64,000 nt of DNA, taken from assembly GCA_002189035.1 (NCBI GenBank), contig CM007991.1, positions 4,898,001-4,962,000 of the forward strand, read 5' to 3'. Below the pieces are notes generated by a model. The model saw only the letters and a list, made by a program, of their open reading frames with translations, ran no database searches and had not been told where the DNA came from. This document shows positions 52,807-64,000 of this stretch, in pieces. How positions within the stretch are numbered: the stretch's first letter is position 1; each line of letters begins with the position of its first letter. Source of the stretch: Utricularia gibba. Its lineage: Eukaryota; Plantae; Magnoliophyta. A program made the translations under genes and the position numbers.

Positions 52807-55408
52807 AATACAATCTATCAAATTGATGAAACAGACTAATAACAAAATAAGCTAGTGAAATTAGTAGTCAATAGGTGGAAGTAGTTCATCATGATAAGAT
52901 GATCAAACCAATGAATTTTACTATCATCATCATGTTTGCTACCTATACCTTTTGTATAATTGTTGAGATCACATATAACTAAAGATTCTAATATTACTCG
53001 AGAAGATCTTAGAATCCACTGCTTCAAAGTTTGACTCTTCTTACTATCATCAGAGGCCGTAAGTCCTAAGGCTGGATTGAATAACTTAGCTTGTAGTCGA
53101 AGTTGATTGTGTGTTGACTCAAACAAATAATACTATGAGAAACCAAACATATTTCATATAGGTAAGCATTCTATTTGAAATATTGAATTTATTATTTTGA
53201 TATTTGATAGAGATAATGAAAATTAGGTACATTTAAATAACGAAATGCTAGATATATTTGATTTGGTTAAGATTTACTTTTAGATCCAAATTTTTTATTT
53301 AGGCTTTATTTCATTTCCCTTTTCTATTTCACATTTGACAAAAATGAATAAAAAAGTCTTAACCTTATTGTTGAAAAGTTTCAACCTAATCTAAGACTTG
53401 TGTTGATTGTCTTCATCCTCGCAATTTTCATTTATCCAATTATTTTATTTTAAAAATCCTTTTGACTTGTTTGTTAAATCATTAGACTTAATCTTATCCT
53501 CATATTCAATTTGAATTCCAACATGAAATCATTGACCTTCTTTTAAGTCTTGGATCACAATACAATTTCATGCATTCCAAAAAGTATAGTAAATAAAAAC
53601 TAGTTGGATGGTGATATATTTTTAGTTGATTTTTATATAGCTATTTCGATTATTTTATTGTTTCTAAAGAATTTCTTTTTGATGGCAACAATTTCTTTAG
53701 GTGTATGAAAAGAATCTATTTGGGTTTATTTTGTTACAATATTTTTGTTTTATAAAATATTTTTTCTCTTTTTATTGTTTATAATGGTAATCAACAACTC
53801 CTTTTGTTGTATTAATCATTTTGTTTTATACAAAAAAATATATCATGTAAATGGCTAATTGATAGAATCACGTGTTTTAACATGTAATTTTATTGAATGA
53901 TCATTGAGACAATATCAGCAACTTTAGTATCAACAAGAGAAATTGCCTCAACATTTGTTAGTAGGAAAAATGAAAAGAAAATGGTATTGCGATCACTAAT
54001 TTCTGCATTAAAATGTGAAATACATGAGTAAAGTGATACAATAAAAATGACTTTGTATCTGACAGTAAAGTAATGGATGAATACAAAACATATGGAATTC
54101 TATTGTAAGAAATGGTAGTATTGAACTAAAAAGTCACAAATGGTTGAATAAAAATGAGTAATTGATATATATTTAACTATGTTTTATATTTGTTTCTACA
54201 CCAGAATTTATTCACTTTATACCTATTGCATTCCATAATTTTAAGTTTACTTTGCAATCAATTGTGCAACGTGATGCTTTTAATTTATTTTCTTCGAAAA
54301 AGTATAGTTAAAAAATTAATTTTAAAGATCAAGACAAATAATAAGTTTGATTACTGATACTTGGGGCTCTATTCAGTGATTAAATTATATATTTGGCAAC
54401 TCATTACATTGATGAAAATCTGATCTTATGGAAGAAATTGTTGAGTTTTTGTCCAATTATATCTCATAAGTCTAGGGATCTAGGTGTTATCATTGATGTA
54501 TAAATGATACCTCTATTGAAAAAAAGACAACTCAAATTGTCTAAATCGTGCAACAAATATGTTATATCGCGTTTTTATCCCTTATGATTCGAAGTAGCAA
54601 AGGTTATACCACATTCATATCTCATATTATCTCGTATGATGCATTGTTATAATGACGTTAAAGTCAATCTCAATTAGATTTGATAAAATGAAGGGTAAAA
54701 TGTTGAATTTAATAAGTTCGAGGGCAATCTATTTACAAAAAAAATACATTGATGGAAGTATGACACAATTTTGAAACTTGGGTGGTTAAGCTCTTTTTAC
54801 TGACATTAAGTTGGATTGCGGTAGATGAACTTCACCCTCCATGAATTTTAATGAGATTTTTTGTAATGATATAGTGAAAAGTAAAGTATCATATCTATTA
54901 TATCAAATAATGAACTTAGATTATTTCAAAGGATGGAAAGGTGGAAGGAGAAGAAAGATAGAGGTGATAAGGAAGGAAAATGTGAAATAAATAAATATTT
55001 AGTAAAAGATATACAAGCAACCAAAACAAATTCAAAGTTTGATATTTTAGCATATTAGAAAGTCAATGAAATTAGATTTCTTATTCTTACTCAAATGGAA
55101 TGTGACACTTTCATCATGTTAATCTTTATAATCGCTTTTGAGTTTACACTTAGCATCGATATTTTTTAATTATTTATACTAAAGATTTTAATATTTCTTT
55201 CTTGATAGAATAAAATCTGTATGAAATCCAATATATGAATGAGGCTTGTTTCATTTTAAGAGGGTCCCAAAACTGTAGATTCACCTATATACATTCAAGA
55301 TTGGCTTTATGCAAAAAGAGATTAATAATATTGGAGAATATATGGAGCAATAGCAAAAATTTGAGAATGATAGCAAATTTTATTTTTCAACAGTATACTA
55401 GTCTCTAA

Positions 55409-55587
55409 GGTCGTGTTTGGTATGCAGGTAGGGGTGGGCTTGCAGGCGGGTTTGTCAGAAAATTCATATTTGGTACATGGGTTTATTGTGTGCAATCTGA
55501 AATCCACCTGAGAACCTAAGCCCCGCTAGAACCCATGAACGTGGGTTTACTTAATCCTAGGGGGGTGGGGTGTACCTAAACAAATGC
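55409..55587. mobile_element. Possible Tourist-like MITE
   Basis: TAA + GGTCGTGTTTGGTA ... TACCTAAACAAATGC form imperfect TIRs. The right TSD is not clean. Confidence 0.4.
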
Positions 55588-55949
55588 AATGATTTCTAAT
55601 ACTACCTTTTTTAGCAATCTTTTACAATATTTATAACTACAGATTTGTACCGCATAAACAAAGAGCCCTGCAGTAGTGTGCGCCTTTGAAATTGGGAGCC
55701 AATATCTTGTGGTTGGTTAGTGTGAGGTGCTATTGCGTGGGGGTGTTCTTCACGACCGAAGCCCTAGGTACATTTCTCACATGAAATTTGGTTGCCACAA
55801 TATGAATTTTTCTCGTGAGTGTCATGTGGTGTTAAGTGTGGTGGCAATAGTCTTAGGGGAATACCTGTTAGGCATGAATATATAGACATATTTGTATGCA
55901 AAATATTATGACCGGAACTCTCGTCTGTGATGTAGATATTATATGACTA

Positions 55950-56280
55950 CAAAGATTTCTAAGCAAGTGAAGTATATGAGCCAGTTGGTTAGCAATGTGA
56001 ATAGGTTATCAACTGAGAATCTGAGAATTAGTATATATGCTTTTGGTATATTGTGTACATTATTGGAAACCGTGTTGGATTGATACCTTGAAAATATGTG
56101 AGTGTTCCAGAGATAGTATGCATGTTTTTGGGAATTTTGAGGTATCATAGAAAATATGAGTGCAAAAGTACATTTACAGGAGAAGCACCAAGATTGTGTA
56201 GCGATACTTTCAACATGTGTTGCACACAGTGATTTTCCTTGACGATGTGTTGTTGCAGAAGTCAATAGTTGTAGGTGCAT
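55950..56280 (+). mobile_element. PIF/Harbinger transposase N-terminal remnant
   Basis: Across frameshifts: ENLRISIYAFGILCTLLET, KYVSVPEIVCMFLGILRYHRK and RSTKIV*RYFQHVLHTV resemble the PIF consensus (..LRM...AF..LC..L, VSVEE.VAMFL.IL.HH, RSGET.SR.F..VL.AV). Confidence 0.7.
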
Positions 56281-58283
56281 GTGTATCTTAAGGAAGCTTC
56301 AAGTACTTCCAGTTAACCTAATGTTTTAGAACTGATTTTTCTATTATTGCTGATGTCATTGTACATGTAATATTAATGTAATTTATTTTTTTGGATGAAC
56401 ATAATATAAAATATATTATCTTCACCAACAATTTGTATAATATATTTTTTTGAAATTATTTCTAATAATCAACTTATGAATGAGGATCGATTATTTCTAT
56501 CAATTGAAATATATAAAATACTAATTTCTATTAAAAATATTATTTTTATGTTGAAATACACTAAATTTTAATTATAAAATAAGAATTATGATAAGAAATA
56601 ATAATTATTAAAACATTTTATACAATTTAAGATTTTTAAATATATTAGGATAAAATTTTGTATTTAAATTTGAATTATATAAATTTATTATATTTTTATC
56701 AATTAATTTCAAATATAAATAAATATAATAATTAATAAAAATATGTGTTCATGAATGCTAGTAAATAATCGTAAATTTTAAATAAATGAACATGAATAAA
56801 ATTTTTGTTCAATTAACTTAAAGAAATGAAGTAGGACAAATTTTTTTGTTTGATAAAATTAAATAAACAAACTTAAACATAGGTATTTATCTACGTTCGT
56901 TTAACATAACAACCTACTTAATGCTCTCATTTTTCTTAGTGAATAATCTATTTTCTAATGTAAGAGTCCCTCCGTTTTTATTTCTTCTAGAGTTGCCATA
57001 TTTTAATTCATTTGCCTTGCTTTAAGCACTTTGTCATATTTAATGTCATAGAAATTCTCCGATAACTAGAAGAACGATTCCTAAATCTGTAAGTATTTAA
57101 TTTCAGAATTTATAAAGTTAGCAAGAACTACACTAGAAACGTACAACTGAGAATGAAGCTTGGAAATAATCTATATCAGTTATATAAATTCTCCTTGGGT
57201 GATTTTGTGGCTTTGCTTTTCGCTAGTTTCTATCAACTTAATAATTTGTAATCTTGTATTATTTATAATTTTTCTTTGATAGTTTAACAAATTCCTTACA
57301 ATACAATGTGAACATTGATGATGATTCGTATTTTAAATTAATATTTCAATGGATTTAATTGCAACTTATTCACTATATTTTAGTATTTGGATTAGTAATC
57401 ATCTTTATTGAGAATTGGTATTCAATATTTTAGTATTCAATGCTAAATTTATATTGAATGCTCACCTCTAATAACTCATCTCAAGCTAAGTTGTCTTCCT
57501 CCCTTAAAATAGTGTTGTTTAGTTATCTCTAGATAACTCCTTTCGAGGGTCGGATAGGATAGGATGTAGCCTCAGCAATATTTTCAAGTTTGTCGTCCTC
57601 ATTCATGATGATATCCATATCTCATCATATTCGTGTAATAACATTGAAGAAAACAAGGGCGCTTGTCTGCTTGTCCATTTCAATTTCTAGTACTAGAAAC
57701 AATATTAAGAGTAAACAAGATGGTTGAAAAAAAGATGAATTTTTCAGGTAACTAAGCAAAGAAGCAATAGATACATGTGATATTTTGAAAAGTGATCATC
57801 CCCACTTATAAGTCAAAAGAGCATTTAGACAAGATGATGTTCAGTATAAAAGTCATTGGTGACTAAATAAGGCACCTTAAAGAGTTTTAGGTTGATGATT
57901 TGATTTGAATTTTCATCTCAAAGTAGAGTTACTTAGCTCATCTCCAGCATTAGCTTGCCAACAAACAAGTATGATTTATTGAAAGTATGAAGTGAAGCTG
58001 CCCCATGTTTCTTTTTTTTTACTCCTAATCTTTTCAATGTCTGATATATTTCCCTTTATATTAATCAGATGGTGCATCGAATTGTGAGGTAGATTCTTAA
58101 ACTTCAAGATTTGTTTGATAGGATGTTTTAATTTATTCTGTGTTTGTTACATATGAAAAATATTGGTTTACATAAATGAATGATTTGAGAACATAAGTGT
58201 GTTTGGTATTAATTAGATTTATATATGATATTATTAACATGCTAATAATATATAAGTGAAATAGAAACCTTTTTAAATAATAA

Positions 58284-58475
58284 AGTCATGCTTGGTTGAT
58301 GAGTTGGGCCAAGTTTGAATGAGTATATTAAACCTATGAGAAAACAAAAACATGAGATTTTCTAATACCGTAAAAAATAGTGGAAGTTGAATAAAAATAT
58401 TTAATTTCAACTAAACTTGCACATAATCCTTAATAAACAAATCACTTCATTCTCTTCTTTTAACCAAACATGGCC
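58284..58475. mobile_element. Tourist-like MITE (192 bp)
   Basis: Imperfect 14-bp TIRs (agtcatgcttggtt / aaccaaacatggcc, 11/14) flanked by TAA on both sides (58281-58283, 58476-58478). Confidence 0.55.
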
Positions 58476-59346
58476 TAAATGTAATATTGTAATTTAACAC
58501 AATAAAACTAATTAAACCTACCTAATAGACGAGTTTGTGTTTCTTGTCTAATTCATGGTATTAGATATCACTACTTATCAAATATGTGATTAACATGTGT
58601 TATTTGACGTAAAGTAACATTTCTTGTCTTATTGAACAACCCCTTAAGAGGATATGGCGCACGTGCAAAGGAGGTTGCAAACCCGAACAAGTATTCTTAC
58701 ATACTAGACATTAGCTCATTACTCATGCTATGCAGAGATAACAAGATCATGGAAAATGATTGTTTTTGGCTGCTTCTCTTCTTCATGTACTAACCTCTGC
58801 AACTCCAACTCCGCTTTATGTTCTATTGGGTTGTAGCATCAGTTCAACAATCTCAGTGTGTTTGATAGAAAATATAAAGAGAGATAATTAAATAAGAAAA
58901 GTAAAATATGATATTCGATATTCAATATAAATTATACTTTGGATAGAATCAAAATAAAATTGTTATGTCATATACCTTTTTTATTTCAAATAAAACTTAT
59001 TTTAAGTATAATTTATTCATATATCAAACAGATTCTTATGTATAAAGTAAGCACTGGATTGTTTCATTTGAATCTTCTATTAAGCTTCCTTGAGTGTTGC
59101 AGAGAAACCGTGTTGTTCCTTGAACACGAATTCTATGTTAGAACCCTTGTTTCATTTGGATTTCTAAACTTTTGGATGGGTTTAACCATTTTTTTCCAAA
59201 GGAGCTGCACTTAGGCACAGTGACCCCAATCAGCTGGTTACTGTTCTTTTTTTCCATAACCGATGACTTTACAAATGAATATGGTAATGCTACAAGTAAG
59301 AATGAGTTTCCTCGAAAGACCAAAAAAAAACAAAAAAAGAAGCATT

Positions 59347-60600
59347 TTATGCAGGCAGTATTATCCGTGTAGAGGCTAAAACGTTACCCAGCGTTGTTGA
59401 TTCACCGAGCGCCATACTTAGGTTGTCCATAACCGTGTCCGCTTCGAATCTTCTAAGAATCCTCAACAGAGAGGCTGCCTTCCTCCTCGCCCTCCTCGAT
59501 CCCGTTCCCATTACATCCCAGATTATCCTCTCCACTCCTGCCACCTCCGCCAGCTCCGCCGCCATCTCGGATCCCCCTTTACGGCAAATGTCCACCACCG
59601 TGGCCGTTGCTCTCTCCTTAGCTTTATCAGTGCCGTTTCTCATCACCTTGATCAACCTTTCCATCATTTTGCATTCGTGGACGGCTGAAATGGCCGGTAG
59701 GCCGCCGCGTTTCACCACCGATTCGAGAATGGACACCGCCTCCTCGGGGAGGACGTCCATGAGATCACCGATCAACCCCACGATGCCAGCGTCCAATAAC
59801 TTCCCCACCGTTTCCTTGTTACCGGCCAAGTTCGTGATCGCCGTCAGAGCATCCCTCTGAGCACTCATAGGTCCCATCTTTGCTAAATCGACCAATGCCC
59901 TGATAATACGCGTCTTCCCCAGCATCTTCCTATAGGCTTGTGGCCAGGATAAGCTGAATATCGTCGCTGCTGCGTTCCCCTTCGCTTCCCATGTTGATCC
60001 TGACCTAAGAACCTCGATAACGCCGTTAAGAACTCCTTCGGTCTCCATGATCCTGGTCTTGTTGGCTTCGAGTATTGAGAGGTTGAGGATGGTGGTGACG
60101 GCGTTGATTTGCAGGCTCGGGTGCTCTGAGCCTAGGAATTTGAGCAGCAAAGGTAAGGCTCCAGCTTCGGCGATGCAGGCTCGGCTATCGGAATCCGTCT
60201 TCGCCAACACACGGAGCTCGTAAACCACGCGATCCGTCTCCTCCAGCGAGTTTAGCGCCGCCGATAGTTGACTAACGAGAAAGGACGCCGTCATCCTGGT
60301 GGCCTCTAACGACGCCTTGTTGGAATGTACGCCGTTATGTTTGACATGAGACTCCGTTGAATCTAACGGAATCCCCTGATCCCTGCACCACAAGGCAATC
60401 AGGTTTTTCAACGCCAGATTGGGGATCAGATGCGTGTGAGCCAGGCGCTGCCCTCTTTTGGGACACGTGGCATGCCCGGAGTCAATCCACATGGTTATCG
60501 ACGAGCGATCGTAAGTTTGCCCCGTTGCTACGGTGACGGGATCCGTCATCAGATCGAGGGTTACAGGGCAACGGAAATCCGCCGGAACGGAAATCAGCAT
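59347..60600 (-). CDS. PUB16: U-box/ARM-repeat E3 ubiquitin ligase, PUB16-like, intronless, 417 aa, lacking the N-terminal UND region
   Basis: U-box ADFRCPVTLDLMTDPV..TGQTYDR..I..W..SGH.TCP. ARM motifs recalled from PUB16: SLQINAVTTILNLSILE.NKTRIMET, NGVIEVLRSG.TWEAK.NAAAT, GGSE..AE.A...G.ER.IW. An in-frame TGA lies directly upstream of the ATG (60601-60603). Confidence 0.85.
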   Translation of the reverse strand: MLISVPADFRCPVTLDLMTDPVTVATGQTYDRSSITMWIDSGHATCPKRGQRLAHTHLIPNLALKNLIALWCRDQGIPLDSTESHVKHNGVHSNKASLEATRMTASFLVSQLSAALNSLEETDRVVYELRVLAKTDSDSRACIAEAGALPLLLKFLGSEHPSLQINAVTTILNLSILEANKTRIMETEGVLNGVIEVLRSGSTWEAKGNAAATIFSLSWPQAYRKMLGKTRIIRALVDLAKMGPMSAQRDALTAITNLAGNKETVGKLLDAGIVGLIGDLMDVLPEEAVSILESVVKRGGLPAISAVHECKMMERLIKVMRNGTDKAKERATATVVDICRKGGSEMAAELAEVAGVERIIWDVMGTGSRRARRKAASLLRILRRFEADTVMDNLSMALGESTTLGNVLASTRIILPA

Positions 60601-61069
60601 TCAGTAATGTTTTTTTGGTACCTGTCAAAGCAATGTTTTTCTTTATTTTTAGCTCTCTTCTTTAATTTGTTTAAAAGATTCTTGATCAATTTTAGATTGT
60701 GGTTGAGAATTGTAACCAAATGATCCGTATCTATGGCATCAATTCATAACTTGATAATAATATCTTTGATTGATCCGTTTAATTTTCTATCAACCTTTAA
60801 GATTTACCCCTAATCGCACGCCTATATTGTTCAGATTTGAAATTGGAATTGGTATTCTCATTTTAGCTTCTCATTTCTTCTTCTTTTATTTTTCTTTTTT
60901 CGGATATTACAATTTTGTGCCCGGGATCAATCAACTTTTCCATCATTCTCCTCTGGAAGGCTCCGGCAGGGGCAGCTGCTACCGTTACCTGTAGAAAGTG
61001 ATCTGCCCACAAGTATCTCGACAAAGGAGAACGCAGAAAGAAAAAATTGCCGGGATGCGGACGTCAATT
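60601..61069. promoter_or_regulatory. Putative bidirectional promoter and 5'UTRs (469 bp) between the divergent PUB16-like and DUF21/CBS start codons
   Basis: Inferred from the head-to-head start codons at 60600 (-) and 61070 (+). CT-rich tract at 60870-60900. Confidence 0.6.
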
Positions 61070-63935
61070 ATGCACTACATCAATGCGGCTGCGTCGTTAC
61101 CTATACCGATCAAGAACAGCGGAGTGTTGGGGCGGAGATCGAGTATGGGACGGTATGGTGGTTCGTCTACGCTGGTGTTTCATGCGTGCTAGTACTTTTT
61201 GCAGGCATAATGTCCGGCTTGACTTTGGGCCTTATGTCTCTGGGCCTCGTCGAGCTTGAGATCCTTCAGCGCAGCGGCACTCCGGCGGAAAAAAAGCAGG
61301 CTGGTCTGCGACTTTCCCATCACGAATGATTTCTTCATCTTTTGTACCTTATCCTTGAGTTATTTACGGATCATTTGGATTAGCTAATCGACTCCTTTAC
61401 TGTCAATCTAAACACATTAGGTTTTCTATACGTAAACTCTGGATGGATTTTGATGCCAGTGTGTTTCTTTTCGTAATCTTACATTCTTTATTCTGGAAAT
61501 GTGCTCCAGTCTCATTTTCTCTGCTTGGCTATTCACATCATATGCTACTGGGACAATTAAACATTAGATTCAAGATTATTCTTTGTATTTTGGGGTTCAT
61601 ATTCTTTCTGAATTTGAAATATTTCCTATTTGAGACAATCTTGTAATGAGAGGTGAATGCTCCTCATTTTGTTTCTTCCATCTCATATCAAGTCTACGGT
61701 TTTCAGCCGCAATACTTCCAGTAGTTCAAAAGCAGCACCAGCTCCTAGTAACTCTTCTGTTATGCAATGCAGCTGCAATGGAGGTAACAGTGTTACTTTC
61801 TCTTTCTTTTCTCCCCACAACCCCCTCACCCACCTCCCTCTCGATACCTGAGAACTCTTGGATTTGAAAAAAGCTGCAAAACCCTTGTGTGCATGATCAC
61901 TGTGAGAAAATGTAGTTTGCACATCTTGCAGGCTCTTCCAATATACTTGGACAAGATGTTCAATCAATATGTTGCCATCATACTTTCAGTGACTTTTGTG
62001 TTAGCATTTGGGGAGGTATGCCTTAGTCTTAGACTCTGACCTTTTTATTCTCTTATTCATTGTTTTTTTTCTTAGTTCAATGCATTGAATATTCATAATA
62101 ATTTCCTATTCCTAGGTAATTCCTCAAGCCATATGCACTAGATACGGTCTTTCTGTTGGTGCTAACTTTGTGTGGCTTGTTCGCGTCCTGATGATCATTT
62201 GTTATCCTATTTCTTATCCAATAGGCAAGGTAATCTATACAATTGAAAGCGAAGTAAAAACTTTGAATTTATGTCAATGTTGCTTAAACATATGTATATA
62301 GATACTGGATTGTGCCCTTGGACATAATGAAGCACTGTTCAGGCGTGCACAGTTGAAAGCTCTCGTTTCTATCCATGGCCAGGAGGTAAATATTTCGACA
62401 TTATTAGGAACTCATGGAAATCTATGTTTTTGTCGATCGCTTTTTAGACATCTAGGATATGCGCACTGGAGCCTCCCAAAAGTTTCACTCCTTGAGCAGC
62501 TGAGTATATTTGTGGTTTTTAGGCTGGTAAAGGCGGTGAACTCACACATGATGAAACAACCATTATTAGTGGTGCCTTAGATCTGACAGAAAAGGTATTT
62601 TTAACTACGCAGGTCTACTATATCGTTTCATTTTACAAATATATAGTAAATATTTTAAAGCTTTTGTATTATCCAAGACATGGCTTAGTTTTTCCGTGAA
62701 GCCACTTAGGTTTCCTATCATGCTCCTAGGTTTGACTCAGCCTCCTAAGACTTTCCTTGTTATGAGGAACACCACCTGATTCATAGGGCATTTTTCATCT
62801 TGGAACTTTAGTATTGCTTACAGCTTTGTGCAACTATATTATGTGATATTTAATAACAGATTCTGTTTCCTGAACTCCTAAGATGGCAATTAATTATCTA
62901 GATTCTGCATTTCCCCTCACTTGTAAACCTCCATGTTCTAATAGACAGCTGAGGAAGCCATGACACCAATTGAGTCAACTTTTTCTCTTGACGTGAATTC
63001 AAAGTTAGATTGGTATGTGCATTTTCTTGAGATTTGAAGTTGTTCAGTCATTTTTTCTTTTTTTTATTAAACATTGCAAGTACAAATATAGTAGACTCAT
63101 GAGCCATTTTCTTTGCTAATTTCAGGGAAGCAATGGGTAAGATTTTGGCTCGTGGCCACAGCCGTGTTCCAGTCTATTCTGGAAATCCAAAGAACATAAT
63201 TGGTCTTTTATTGGTAAACTCTGTGAAATAGGATGCTGTGTCAAATAATCATTGTTGGTATTAAAACCTTAGATGAATGCTGCATACTAGGTAAAGAGCC
63301 TGCTCACTGTGAGGCCAGAAACTGAAACCCCAGTTAGTGCTGTATCTATACGAAGAATTCCACGGTATGGTGGTCATATTCCTCGTCAAATTTTGGATTT
63401 TGAAGGGCTTGATTACACTTTCAGTTCTCAGTGTTCCTGCAGATATGCCTCTCTACGACATCCTTAATGAGTTCCAAAAGGGTAGCAGCCATATGGCAGC
63501 TGTTGTAAAGGCCAAACGCCTGTATAAAATACATTCATATATTGAGGAGAAGGTTGAAGAGACCGAGGATGCGAATAGCAGTTCAGAATTGACTATTCCA
63601 TTGATATCCAAGGAAGTTCAGAATGCAGAAAGCATCATTGACGTCGAGAAGCCTGCAAGATCCCCTCCTAAAATTAGCTTGGCGTACAGTGATGCAGCCA
63701 TAAATGGATTGGCTGGGTTTGATGATTCTGAAGATGGTGAAGTTATTGGCATTATCACACTAGAGGATGTATTTGAAGAACTTTTGCAGGTAAAGCCTTA
63801 GTCCTAGTCCTAATAATAAACATATACGTGAACCCCTTTATTTTATTCGCTCAGTTGTCAATGTTTTGGTCTGCAAATCTTAAATCAGGAGGAAATTGTC
63901 GACGAAACAGATGAGTTTGTTGACGTGCACAAAAG
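61070..63935 (+). CDS. DUF21 + CBS domain (CNNM-like) membrane protein, 3'-partial; exons 61070-61303 (apparent 1-nt deletion at 61129-61132), 61707-61783, 61932-62015, 62116-62229, 62302-62385, 62523-62594, 62945-63012, 63126-63213, 63291-63364, 63432-63789, 63889-63935; continues beyond the window
   Basis: MHYINAAA start; [104 protein letters not shown] and [22 protein letters not shown]. All introns are GT-AG and phase-consistent. Resembles Arabidopsis At4g14240 as I recall it. Confidence 0.93.
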
Positions 63936-64000
63936 GTACCTTAGATTTCGGTAGACCCTTTGAAATTTATATAAAGCGTATGGTGGAGTTTGTGAAAATT

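Noticed and set aside
59423-60723. Plus-strand ORFs overlapping PUB16
   Set aside because: These are antisense shadows of a GC-rich CDS.

Overview
Plant nuclear DNA, probably eudicot; the species cannot be determined from the sequence. Five host genes can be read exon by exon: FRIGIDA-like 4 (+, 5' end outside the window), chloroplast ferredoxin FdC1 (-, intronless), cytosolic cysteine synthase OAS-TL A (+), a PUB16-like U-box/ARM E3 ligase (-, intronless), and a DUF21/CBS (CNNM-like) membrane protein (+, runs off the right edge). Two intergenic blocks (about 4.8-14.3 kb and 17.6-58.5 kb) are nested transposon debris: about 12 solo-LTR candidates (7 with perfect 5-bp TSDs) from three or four Athila-like families, Angela and CRM, inserted into decayed MuDR, Tekay, CRM and Athila bodies, plus one degraded Angela copia element, hAT and PIF remnants and Tourist MITEs. 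No retroelement is intact. I found no clearly new biological system. The best leads are: a PUB16-like gene lacking its N-terminal UND domain and sharing a 469-bp head-to-head promoter with the CNNM-like gene; two single-base frameshifts in 4-nt homopolymers (FRL4 and DUF21/CBS; possibly assembly errors); an apparent 3' intron loss plus a stop-free 81-nt intron in OAS-TL; and several recombination or repair footprints in the TE blocks. Family assignments and Arabidopsis comparisons come from my recall of motifs, not from database searches.
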